Part shown: positions 1 through 9,657 of the stretch, in pieces
Numbering within the stretch: the stretch's first letter is position 1
Layout: every line of letters begins with the position of its first letter
Assembly: GCA_034408725.1 (NCBI GenBank)
Contig: JAWXCN010000093.1
Location: forward strand, 1-16,072
Origin: Candidatus Hydrogenedentota bacterium
GTDB lineage: Bacteria; Hydrogenedentota; Hydrogenedentia; Hydrogenedentales; SLHB01
Length of the DNA stretch: 16,072 nt
Reading direction: 5' to 3'
The notes under the pieces: generated by a model
Database searches by the model: none
Seen by the model: only the letters and a program-made list of their open reading frames with translations
What the model was told of the DNA's origin: nothing
Made by a program: the position numbers and the translations under genes

Positions 1-63
<63 letters not shown>

Positions 64-68
64 CAGAT

Positions 69-89
69 CCGATACCCGATACCCGATAC
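69..89. repeat. Heptamer tandem repeat (CCGATAC)3
   Basis: Exact units at 69-75, 76-82 and 83-89. Confidence 0.9.
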
Positions 90-113
90 TACAACCTGCA
101 CGAGTGAGTACAC

Positions 114-1301
114 ATGAAGACCCTTTACTTCGATTGTTTCAGCGGAATATCCGGCGACATGTTTGTCGGGGCGCTACTCGATCTCGGTGTTGATTTTGCC
201 AGCCTGAAGGCTGCGCTCGATTCGCTTGATGTCACCGGCTACGCAATCAGCGCGAAGAAGGTGAAGAAGAAAGGCGTGATGGCGACGCAATTCACGGTTG
301 AGCTGGACCCCGGTACGAAACAGCCGCACCGGCATTTGCGGCACGTGGTCGAAATCATTGATCGTGGCGCGCTGGACGAGACGGTAAAGGAAGCGTCGCG
401 CGAAACGTTCCGGCGGATCGCGGAGAGCGAGGCTCAGGTACACGGATCGACGATCGAGAAGGTCCATTTCCACGAAGTGGGCGCGATCGATTCAATTGTC
501 GATGTTGTTGGCGCGCATTTCTGTTTGCACGCACTCAGCGCCGGAAGCATCGTCGCGTCGCCTTTACACGTTGGGGCGGGTACGGTCGAATGCGCGCACG
601 GCGTCATGCCGGTGCCGGCGCCCGCGACGGCTTTGCTGCTTCGCGGCATTCCGAGTTACGGAGGGGAGGTGCAGGCCGAACTTGTCACGCCCACGGGCGC
701 AGCGTTAATCGGGCAAGTAGCGGCGTCGTTCGGCGCGATGCCCGGCATGAAGATCGAAAATATTGGATATGGGAGCGGCACGCGCGATCTGGAAGACCGT
801 GCAAACGTGTTGCGCGTGTTGATTGGCGAATCCGCTGAGTCGTCGCACGCAGGCGAGACAGTCACAATCATCGAAACCAACATCGACGATATGGTGCCGG
901 AATTGTTGCCGGTGCTGGTGGAACAAACGATGGCGGCGGGCGCGCGCGACGTTTTCATTACTCCCGTAACGTGCAAGAAAGGCCGCCCCGGCCATCTCGT
1001 TACGATCATGTGCGACGCGCCGAAGGTAGACGAATTGGCGGCGGTGGTGTTTCGCAACTCGACGACCCTCGGCGTGCGGATGCGCGAAGAAAAGCGTATT
1101 TGCCTGGAGCGCGAGTGGAAGACCGCGCAAACACCCTGGGGTAACGTGCGGATCAAGCTTGGCCGGTTTGGCGCGGAACAAACAGTTTCGTCGCCGGAAT
1201 TCGAGGATTGCCGCAAGGTTGCCGAGTCCGCGGGCGTGCCGGTGCTTCAGGTCTATCACGCAGCGCTCGCCGCGGCGGTGCATGGCAAGCTCGTTTCGTA
1301 A
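114..1301 (+). CDS. larC: Nickel pincer cofactor biosynthesis protein LarC (Ni insertase), full-length single ORF
   Basis: N-terminal YFDCFSGISGDMFVGALLDLG, VHFHEVGAIDSIVD, CAHGVMPVPAPAT, ELVTPTGAA, ETNIDD, KKGRPG, TTLGVR and PEFEDC are characteristic LarC motifs; 395 aa. Confidence 0.95.
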   Translation: MKTLYFDCFSGISGDMFVGALLDLGVDFASLKAALDSLDVTGYAISAKKVKKKGVMATQFTVELDPGTKQPHRHLRHVVEIIDRGALDETVKEASRETFRRIAESEAQVHGSTIEKVHFHEVGAIDSIVDVVGAHFCLHALSAGSIVASPLHVGAGTVECAHGVMPVPAPATALLLRGIPSYGGEVQAELVTPTGAALIGQVAASFGAMPGMKIENIGYGSGTRDLEDRANVLRVLIGESAESSHAGETVTIIETNIDDMVPELLPVLVEQTMAAGARDVFITPVTCKKGRPGHLVTIMCDAPKVDELAAVVFRNSTTLGVRMREEKRICLEREWKTAQTPWGNVRIKLGRFGAEQTVSSPEFEDCRKVAESAGVPVLQVYHAALAAAVHGKLVS

Positions 1302-1379
1302 TCCCGGGCATGCTTGATAACCCGGCGGCGTTTGCGCCTTAATTATATGTGCGAAGGGCACGCGGGGGGCATCACTATC

Positions 1380-1877
1380 ATGTCGGCGCGAATTGGCATT
1401 TATCCTGGAAGCTTTGATCCACCTACCTATGGCCATATCGATCTCATTGGCCGCGCATCAAAAATATTCGATACGCTGGTGGTGGCGGTCGCGCGCAACT
1501 CCGAGAAGAAGGGCCTGTTCACGGTTGATGAGCGGATTGAAATGCTTCGCCGGATTACCACGGGCCACGTGAACGTCGAAGTGACTTCGTTTACCGGATT
1601 GACGGCGGAATTCGCGCGCAAACGCAAGGCCACCGCCCTGGTGCGCGGGCTGCGGGTGGTGTCCGATTTCGAATATGAAATGACGATGGCCATCGCAAAC
1701 CAGAAGCTGAATCCCGGCATGGATACCGTTTGCCTGATGCCGAGCGAGAAGTTTTTATTATTGAGTTCGCGGATTGTGCGCGAGATTGCGTTGTTTGGCG
1801 GAGACCTCCACGAGTTTGTGCCGCCGGAGATCGAGAAGCGGATTCTTCAGAAATTGAAGAAGAAGCATAAGAAATGA
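1380..1877 (+). CDS. coaD: Phosphopantetheine adenylyltransferase
   Basis: IYPGSFDPPTYGH (HxGH-like), RGLRVVSDFEYE and SSRIVREIA motifs. Start moved from 1314 to the ATG at 1380, giving 165 aa, the usual size. Confidence 0.96.
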   Translation: MSARIGIYPGSFDPPTYGHIDLIGRASKIFDTLVVAVARNSEKKGLFTVDERIEMLRRITTGHVNVEVTSFTGLTAEFARKRKATALVRGLRVVSDFEYEMTMAIANQKLNPGMDTVCLMPSEKFLLLSSRIVREIALFGGDLHEFVPPEIEKRILQKLKKKHKK

Positions 1878-1880
1878 AGC

Positions 1881-2010
1881 GGGAGGGCGCGTGCCCCCCC
1901 GCGCCTGTGTTGGGATGGGATGATAATCGGCGCGTGGGGACGCGCGCCCTCCCACTTACTTCCTGCCTGGATATTGAAGATAACCGGCGCGTGGGGACAC
2001 GCGCCCTCCC
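1881..2010. repeat. Cluster of three REP-like palindromic units (one inverted, two tandem) between convergent coaD and rng
   Basis: A 1881-1905 GGGAGGGCGCGTGCCCCCCCGCGCC; B 1929-1953 GGCGCGTGGGGACGCGCGCCCTCCC; C 1986-2010 GGCGCGTGGGGACACGCGCCCTCCC. The reverse complement of A matches C at 23/25. Confidence 0.9.
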
Positions 2011-3534
2011 TTATTTCAAACTAATTTCCTGTCTCGTCTTTGGCGTGAGGATTTTCACGTCGTGAATGTGGAAATCGGATACCGATTCGATCGCGACTTC
2101 GCGCTCGAAATCCGCGCAGATGGCGTCGAGCATGTCCTTATTTTCCGTGCGCAGCCGCCGGGACACGTCGGGATGGACCTGTAGGATTACGCGCTTTTCC
2201 TTTGACGCGCAGAACAGGCTATGGACCCGCCGCAGCGTGTCGAACGTGACAGTGGTGACGGAGCGCACCATGCCGCCGCCTTCGCAATATGGGCAGGGTT
2301 GCGACAATGCTTTTACCAGATTGTGCTTCACGCGTTTCCGCGTCATTTCGATCATGCCCAACTCGCTGATCTCGGACACCGTCGTTTTCGCGCGGTCGTG
2401 TTTGAGGTATTCCTGCATTTGTTTCAGCAACTCGCGCCGGTTTTTTTCGATGGCCATGTCGATAAAATCGATCACGATGATACCGCCGAGATCGCGCAAC
2501 CGTGCCTGCCGCGCGATTTCTTCGGCGGCTTCGAGGTTCGTTTTGAAGACGGTTTCTTCGAGGTGTTTCGTGCCAGTGAATCTGCCGGTATTCACGTCGA
2601 TGGCGATGAGCGCTTCTGTCTGATCGATGCAGATATAACCTCCGCTCTTGAGGTAGACCTTGCGATTTAGCGCCTTATCGATTTCCTTTTCAATGCCGAA
2701 CTTGTCGAAGATAGGCCGTTTTTGGTTGTAATGTTTCACGCGGCTTTTGAGGCTCGGCGCGAAACTGTCCAGGAAGTCGAGGACGCGCTCGAATTCCGCC
2801 GCATCGTCAAGCGTCAGTTTCTCGATGTCGTTCGTAAACATGTCCCGCACGATGCGCAGGATCGGGCCCAGGTCCGCGTGCAGAAGCGCCGCCGTTTTCG
2901 CGGTTTCCATTTTCGTTTTGATGTCGCCCCACACCTTGGACAAATATTTTACGTCATCCTGGAAATCCGCTTTTTTCTTGCCCTCGCCGGCCGTACGGAG
3001 AATGAGGCCGACACCCGGCGGCCGCACGCTTTGCAGGTCCTTGCGCAAACGTTCGCGTTCGCGTTCGCTTCCGATCTTGCGGGAGACGCCGAGCTGTTTC
3101 ACCGTCGGCATCAGCACGACGTATCGGCCGGGTAATGTCACATAATTGGTCAGGCGCACACCTTTCGTGCCCAGCGTGTCCTTGCTGACCTGGACCATGA
3201 TGTGCTGGTTTTTCTTCAGCAACGACTCGATGGAAGGCGGTTTGCCCCTGCGCGCCGCACCTTTGGGTTTGGCTGTGCCCTCCTCGAATACGAAATCGCC
3301 GGTGCCTTCCGCGCCAGCGATGTCGGAGACGTAAAGGAACCCGTTCTTCTCCATTCCGATATCGATGAACGCGGCCTGGATACCTGGGACGATTGAATCG
3401 ACTCTGCCCTTGTAGATGTTGCCGACGACGCTACGGCTTTCCTGCCGCTCGATTAAAAGTTCGGTGAGGCGCTTGTCTTCAATCAGCGCGATCCGCGTCT
3501 CAAGCGGCGAGACGTTGATAATAAATTCCTTCAT
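2011..3534 (-). CDS. rng: Ribonuclease G / Rne-Rng family endoribonuclease (catalytic domain only)
   Basis: VGNIYKGRV...PGIQAAFIDIG S1 domain, IDVNTG, RLRDLGGIIVIDFIDM, EMTRKR, Zn-link CPYC; 507 aa with no RNase E C-terminal scaffold. Confidence 0.93.
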   Translation of the reverse strand: MKEFIINVSPLETRIALIEDKRLTELLIERQESRSVVGNIYKGRVDSIVPGIQAAFIDIGMEKNGFLYVSDIAGAEGTGDFVFEEGTAKPKGAARRGKPPSIESLLKKNQHIMVQVSKDTLGTKGVRLTNYVTLPGRYVVLMPTVKQLGVSRKIGSERERERLRKDLQSVRPPGVGLILRTAGEGKKKADFQDDVKYLSKVWGDIKTKMETAKTAALLHADLGPILRIVRDMFTNDIEKLTLDDAAEFERVLDFLDSFAPSLKSRVKHYNQKRPIFDKFGIEKEIDKALNRKVYLKSGGYICIDQTEALIAIDVNTGRFTGTKHLEETVFKTNLEAAEEIARQARLRDLGGIIVIDFIDMAIEKNRRELLKQMQEYLKHDRAKTTVSEISELGMIEMTRKRVKHNLVKALSQPCPYCEGGGMVRSVTTVTFDTLRRVHSLFCASKEKRVILQVHPDVSRRLRTENKDMLDAICADFEREVAIESVSDFHIHDVKILTPKTRQEISLK

Positions 3535-3573
3535 GCAAACCCCCGGTGGCGCGCGGCACTGGCCGCGGCCCCA

Positions 3574-4743
3574 TCAATCAAAAAAGCCTTTACGTACCTG
3601 GACACTCAACAAGGTGCCCACGCACATCATCGTAGTAACGCAGAACGAGCCCCCCTGGCTCAGAAACGGCAGCGGCAGACCCGTAATGGGCAGCAGGTGC
3701 AGGGTGATGGCAATGTTCACGAATACGTGGAATCCGATAATTGTCACACATCCCACCGCAAGCAAACTGCCCGCGAGATCGGGGCAGTCGCGCGCCAGCA
3801 CGATACCGCGCAACAAGAATAGCGCAAATAAGCTTATCACGATGAATCCGCCGACAAAACCCATCTCTTCGGCGATCAACGCGAAGATGAAATCGGTGTG
3901 AAACTCGGGAAGGAAACGCAAATGCGTCTGAGTACCCTTCCCGACGCCCTTGCCCCACATCTGGCCGCTGCCGACCGCGATCTTCGTCTGAATAATCTGG
4001 TACCCCGATTCGAGTGGGTCCGCGTCGGGTTGCACGAACGATTTGATCCGGCTTTTCTGGTATTCCTCGAGCGGAAGCTTGTCTACGGCGAAGAACACCG
4101 TCGCGGCCATTGCGACGCCCACAGCGACAATGCTGAATAGATAGCGTTTGCGGCAGCCCGCGGCGTACAACATCATGAGCACGACGGGTGGAAGCACGAG
4201 CGCGGTTCCGAGGTCCTTTTGCAAGAGGATAAGCACCAAAATGCCACCGCTGATTACGAATGCGCCAGCGAAGTACAGGGCGCTCTGAATCCGGTCGCGC
4301 ACCGCCGCCAGGTACCATGCAAGCGAATAGACCAGGGCCAGTTTGCTCAATTCCGACGGCTGCAAATTGAATGGCCCATACCGGAGCCAGTGTTGTCCGC
4401 CTTTTGCTTCCGTGCCAATAAACAACACGGCGATCAGCAGACCGGCAACGACTATGTACATTGCCGGCGCGAGGGAAATAAGTGCGCGGTAATCGATGCA
4501 CACAATGGCGAGGGCAATCGTGAGGCCAAGGCAGAACGCGATGAACTGCCGCACATAGTACAAGGAAAAGAACGACGCGTCGGCGCTCAGGCTTTGGCTC
4601 GCGCTGTACAACGCCGTCAGGCCGAATCCGATCAGGATAAACGTGATTCCCAGCAGGTACCAGTCGATCCGGCTAAGGTTGCGGTAGTTGAACGTGCGAA
4701 TATGCGAATCGAGAAGGTTGAGGTCGCGTTGAATGCTGCTCAT
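3574..4743 (-). CDS. rodA: Rod shape-determining SEDS glycosyltransferase RodA
   Basis: Multi-TM protein with QPSELSK, DLGT, GYQIIQ..IAVGSG, LPEFHTDFIF and PITGLPLPFLSQGGS; ATGA overlap with the mrdA stop (4740-4743). Confidence 0.94.
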   Translation of the reverse strand: MSSIQRDLNLLDSHIRTFNYRNLSRIDWYLLGITFILIGFGLTALYSASQSLSADASFFSLYYVRQFIAFCLGLTIALAIVCIDYRALISLAPAMYIVVAGLLIAVLFIGTEAKGGQHWLRYGPFNLQPSELSKLALVYSLAWYLAAVRDRIQSALYFAGAFVISGGILVLILLQKDLGTALVLPPVVLMMLYAAGCRKRYLFSIVAVGVAMAATVFFAVDKLPLEEYQKSRIKSFVQPDADPLESGYQIIQTKIAVGSGQMWGKGVGKGTQTHLRFLPEFHTDFIFALIAEEMGFVGGFIVISLFALFLLRGIVLARDCPDLAGSLLAVGCVTIIGFHVFVNIAITLHLLPITGLPLPFLSQGGSFCVTTMMCVGTLLSVQVRKGFFD

Positions 4744-6731
4744 TCGACAGGCTCCCCGTGCATTGCGACGTTCACCGCTTCCGGCGCCGCGCCGGGTTCC
4801 CCGCTCTGCTTGCGCTTCAAGTAAAAATAGTCGAACACTTTCTTCGCAACGGGCGCGGCGGTGGTGCTGCCGTGCAAACCATGTTCCACGATGATGCTGA
4901 CCGCGATGCGAGGCTTCATATTGGTGACGCCCGCGACAAAAAGGGCGTGATCGCGCAATTCATACGGCACGTTGCGTTCCCGGCGGCCTTTGAGCTGCGA
5001 CATATGCGCGACCTGCGCAGTGCCGGTTTTTCCGAGTATCGTAAGTCCCTCGATACGCGCTTCGCGGCCAGTGCCACTGGGAGGCTGTTTTTTTTCGACG
5101 CACTTCAGCAGGCCAGCAGACACGATGCGCAGTGTATTGTCGCCAATGAGCTGTTCGCTTACGTCGGGCCCAAGTGCCATGTTTACAAACGGCCTGACAC
5201 GTTTTCCGCCATTCAGCACGGAGGCCATCATGACAGCGTTCTGCAGGATCGTCGCGTCGACCATACCCTGGCCGATCGACATATTGATGGTATCGCCCGG
5301 ATACCACTTGAAGTCGTCGCGATTCGTGGATTTGCGGCGCTTTGCCGCGGCCGCTTTTTTGTCCGGACTCGGTATGCCGCCCGGAACTTCCCGCGGCAGA
5401 TCAATGCCCGTCGTTTCGCCTTGGCCGAGCAGGTGCGCCCATTTGTTCAATTTCTCCGGGCCGAGCCGCAGCCCTGCGTTATAGAAAAATACATCGCAGG
5501 AAAATGCGAGCGCATCGACAATGGACACCCCTCCATGCCCGCCGGGCCGCCAGCAGCGCCACGTGTGGTTGCTGTACCGGAATGAACCGCCGCAGCTAAA
5601 GGTGGTGTGCTCGTCAATTGCGCCTTCTTCGAGCGCGGCAACCGCCAGCAACACCTTGAAGACCGAACCGGGCGGATAGTGGGTTTGAAATGCGCGGTGC
5701 AACATCGGTTTTCGCGGGTCTTTCATTACGCTATCGATGATGGTTTGCTGGTCCGGGGATTGGGTCGTGAAGATGTTCGGGTCATAGGTGGGCACGCTGG
5801 CGAGGGCAAGCAGCTCGCCGGTATCCACATCCATGACGACGATAGCGCCTTCCGCCTGAATGTCCACGATATCTTCGGCGAGCAGTTCGTCGCGCAAGAT
5901 GCGCTCGCACTCGATTTGGAGTTCGATGTCGAGCGACGTGAATATCGGTTTTCCGGGTACTGCGTCTTGCCTGCGTTCGAGCGCGAGGGAGCGTCCCTTG
6001 CTATCGACTTCGATGTACGGCATGCCGTGGACGTCCGTGCGCAACTGGGGCACGCTGCCGTTGTAGCGCGTGACGATCATGGCGCCGTCCGTTCCTTTCA
6101 GGTCGGATTCGTACCGCTGTTCGATCCCGTCGCGCCCAATAATGTCCCCCAACTTATAGCGAGGCTTGTTTCTGTCGAGCATCTCGCGATCAATTTCATT
6201 TATCCAGCCAAGTATCTGGCCCGCCGCGTGATTATGGTAGTACCGGCGCAAGGGCCGTGCGACGGTGTACACCCCCTGCAACGCGAACGAGTATTCCTCG
6301 ACACGCATGCGTTCTGTTTTTGTAATGTCCTGCTTCACCAGGATTTGTTCAAACGGCGTCTTGCGCTTGATGGCGCGTTCCACACTCGCGATAAGCGCCG
6401 CACTGTCGACGTCCACGAGATTTCCCAGTTGCGCGCAGACGCCTTCCGCATCGCGCAACAGCGCGGGGGTCAGCACGAGGTCGAGCGCGGCGCGGTTGTC
6501 CGCGAGCACGATGGTTTCGTCGCGACCGTAGATGATGCCACGCGGCGATTTGATGACTTCGTAATCCAGCCGGTTGTCTTCGGCCTGTTTGGTGTAAACC
6601 TGGCCATCGACAATTTGAAGTTGCCATAGCCGCGCGCAAAGCAGGGCGCTGAATGCGACGACCGCAACCAAAAGCCAGCCCATGCGGCGTTCAAAACCTT
6701 CAAACCGCTTTCCATTGGCCGTGGGTTTCAT
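4740..6731 (-). CDS. mrdA: Penicillin-binding protein 2 (class B transpeptidase)
   Basis: N-terminal TM then RLWQLQI, PRGIIY, G.DGIE..YE..L.G; active-site SVFK, SCD and KTGT. Start at 6731 chosen for its ATGA overlap with the mreD stop and a G-rich RBS; 6758 is the alternative. Confidence 0.94.
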   Translation of the reverse strand: MKPTANGKRFEGFERRMGWLLVAVVAFSALLCARLWQLQIVDGQVYTKQAEDNRLDYEVIKSPRGIIYGRDETIVLADNRAALDLVLTPALLRDAEGVCAQLGNLVDVDSAALIASVERAIKRKTPFEQILVKQDITKTERMRVEEYSFALQGVYTVARPLRRYYHNHAAGQILGWINEIDREMLDRNKPRYKLGDIIGRDGIEQRYESDLKGTDGAMIVTRYNGSVPQLRTDVHGMPYIEVDSKGRSLALERRQDAVPGKPIFTSLDIELQIECERILRDELLAEDIVDIQAEGAIVVMDVDTGELLALASVPTYDPNIFTTQSPDQQTIIDSVMKDPRKPMLHRAFQTHYPPGSVFKVLLAVAALEEGAIDEHTTFSCGGSFRYSNHTWRCWRPGGHGGVSIVDALAFSCDVFFYNAGLRLGPEKLNKWAHLLGQGETTGIDLPREVPGGIPSPDKKAAAAKRRKSTNRDDFKWYPGDTINMSIGQGMVDATILQNAVMMASVLNGGKRVRPFVNMALGPDVSEQLIGDNTLRIVSAGLLKCVEKKQPPSGTGREARIEGLTILGKTGTAQVAHMSQLKGRRERNVPYELRDHALFVAGVTNMKPRIAVSIIVEHGLHGSTTAAPVAKKVFDYFYLKRKQSGEPGAAPEAVNVAMHGEPVE

Positions 6732-7246
6732 AGTGTCAGCCCCCCTGTCAGCTTCCATTGCTTGCGGCGTTTGAACAACCGGTCCATTGCGAAGAACAGG
6801 ATTGGGGTAAACAGTGCAGTATAAAAGGTGCTGGGCACGACGCGCGCCACAATGGCGTTAAACGCGGGCACGCTTGGGTCCTGTACATAAGCGACCGCGA
6901 TGGACAAAATGCCAAAGGCAATGCCCGCGCAAAAAACGAGAATGGCCTTCGCCGCGGGGTGCTCGGTCATCATGCGCGCGGAGATGCGCGCCGCGGCATA
7001 GCCCACGACAACGTAACATAGCACGTGATGTCCGAGCGTATAGTTACTGGCGATATCCTGAATGATGCCGCCAATGAGCCCGCTATACATTGCCCGTTCT
7101 TCGCCCTCTGTCATTGCGAAATACACCACGACCAACAGCGTCAAGTCCGGCACGACATCCATCAGCCGGATTTGCTCGACCCACGTAGTTTGCACCAACG
7201 CCGCGATCATGACGGTCAAAAACCAGAGTACCTGTTTGCGAATCAT
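6728..7246 (-). CDS. mreD: Rod shape-determining protein MreD
   Basis: 172-aa hydrophobic protein with PDLTLLVVVY and GLIGGIIQDI, located between mreC and mrdA. Confidence 0.9.
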   Translation of the reverse strand: MIRKQVLWFLTVMIAALVQTTWVEQIRLMDVVPDLTLLVVVYFAMTEGEERAMYSGLIGGIIQDIASNYTLGHHVLCYVVVGYAAARISARMMTEHPAAKAILVFCAGIAFGILSIAVAYVQDPSVPAFNAIVARVVPSTFYTALFTPILFFAMDRLFKRRKQWKLTGGLTL

Positions 7247-7258
7247 GGTTTCCGGTCC

Positions 7259-8275
7259 TTACGGTGCATACCGTTCCTGCATTGAACGCGTATCGGGCAA
7301 CGCGAACGCAGGTTTGTCCGTCTCGCGCGTTGGGCGCTCAGAACGGTCCAGGGGCTCCGGCCCCGGCACCACCGGCTGTTCGGTCGATGGGTCGTGTCCG
7401 CTCATTTCCATCAACGTGGGTTGGGCGCGCTTCACCAAAAAAATCTCATCCACGCTGTAGGGGTCCGCATGGGGCTCCATGTAGGCGACCTGAAACAACG
7501 AACCGCTGCTTTCGACTTCCACGATCGTGCCGATTGGATACTCTGAGGGAAAAATGCCGCTTCCCGCGGTCAATACTTCATCGCCGACCCGGACGATGTC
7601 CTTGGTGTCGATGTGCTCGAGGCGGCAGATATGGCTGAAGTCGCTGCCGCTGCCGTGTACGGTTGCGCGCACGCGTTTGTCACGGCCAATCATCGCGCCA
7701 ATCTGGCACCGGTCGCTATGCAGCGTCGCGATATAGGAAAGTGTTGGGCGCACGTCGATCACGATTCCCGCCACGCCGTCCTTGGTCATTGCGCACATGG
7801 CGGGCTCAATGCCGTGGATTGAACCCCGGTCGACGACCAGCACGCCCGCGGAATTAGAAATTTTCGCGGCCGAGATTGGGTCCTGTGACAAGGGCACCAC
7901 TTTGGCCGGCGCCAGTTCGAGGCGCGGCTGATTCTGGATGAACCCAACCATCTCCTTCAGGCGCTGGTTTTCGGAATAGATGGCGTCGCGGTCCGCAATG
8001 CGTGGAACGAGGACATTCATTTCCTTGCGCAACCCGGCTGCCTCGCGGCGGGATGCGTCGTATGCGACGACAAAGCCGACCGTATAACTGGTAGCCCCGC
8101 CGATGGCGTCAAACACCCGCAGGAACGGATATGCGACTACGGAGCCGGCTGTGGTAATGGCGTTGGAGATAACGTTGCCCCGGGTTCCGGAGGCAAGAGA
8201 GACAATTGAAAGGCTGACAAGCACCACCAGTACAAGTGTCGGGCGGTTCTCACGTATTCGGCGGTATGACAACAC
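7259..8275 (-). CDS. mreC: Rod shape-determining protein MreC
   Basis: N-terminal TM, coiled coil ENQRLKEM, VDRGSIHGI, GDEVLTAGSGIFP..YPIG and a Pro-rich tail; GTG start 3 nt after the mreB stop. Confidence 0.92.
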   Translation of the reverse strand: MLSYRRIRENRPTLVLVVLVSLSIVSLASGTRGNVISNAITTAGSVVAYPFLRVFDAIGGATSYTVGFVVAYDASRREAAGLRKEMNVLVPRIADRDAIYSENQRLKEMVGFIQNQPRLELAPAKVVPLSQDPISAAKISNSAGVLVVDRGSIHGIEPAMCAMTKDGVAGIVIDVRPTLSYIATLHSDRCQIGAMIGRDKRVRATVHGSGSDFSHICRLEHIDTKDIVRVGDEVLTAGSGIFPSEYPIGTIVEVESSGSLFQVAYMEPHADPYSVDEIFLVKRAQPTLMEMSGHDPSTEQPVVPGPEPLDRSERPTRETDKPAFALPDTRSMQERYAP

Positions 8276-8278
8276 GGT

Positions 8279-9577
<1,299 letters not shown>

Positions 9578-9657
9578 TCAATATCCACGACGATTGGCAA
9601 TGCGCGCGTGTAAACCGCCACCATGGCCGTGTCACAGTAGAATTTTGGAGTAGCAAC

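Noticed and set aside
1922..2010. CRISPR-like 32-nt repeat, 25-nt spacer, repeat
   Set aside because: Only two direct copies, a third is inverted, the same motif recurs as an inverted pair at 11.6 kb, and there are no cas genes. REP-like fits better.
1874..2065. 63-aa ORF with duplicated DNRRVGTRALP
   Set aside because: It is a translation of the REP cluster and overlaps the rng 3' end on the opposite strand.
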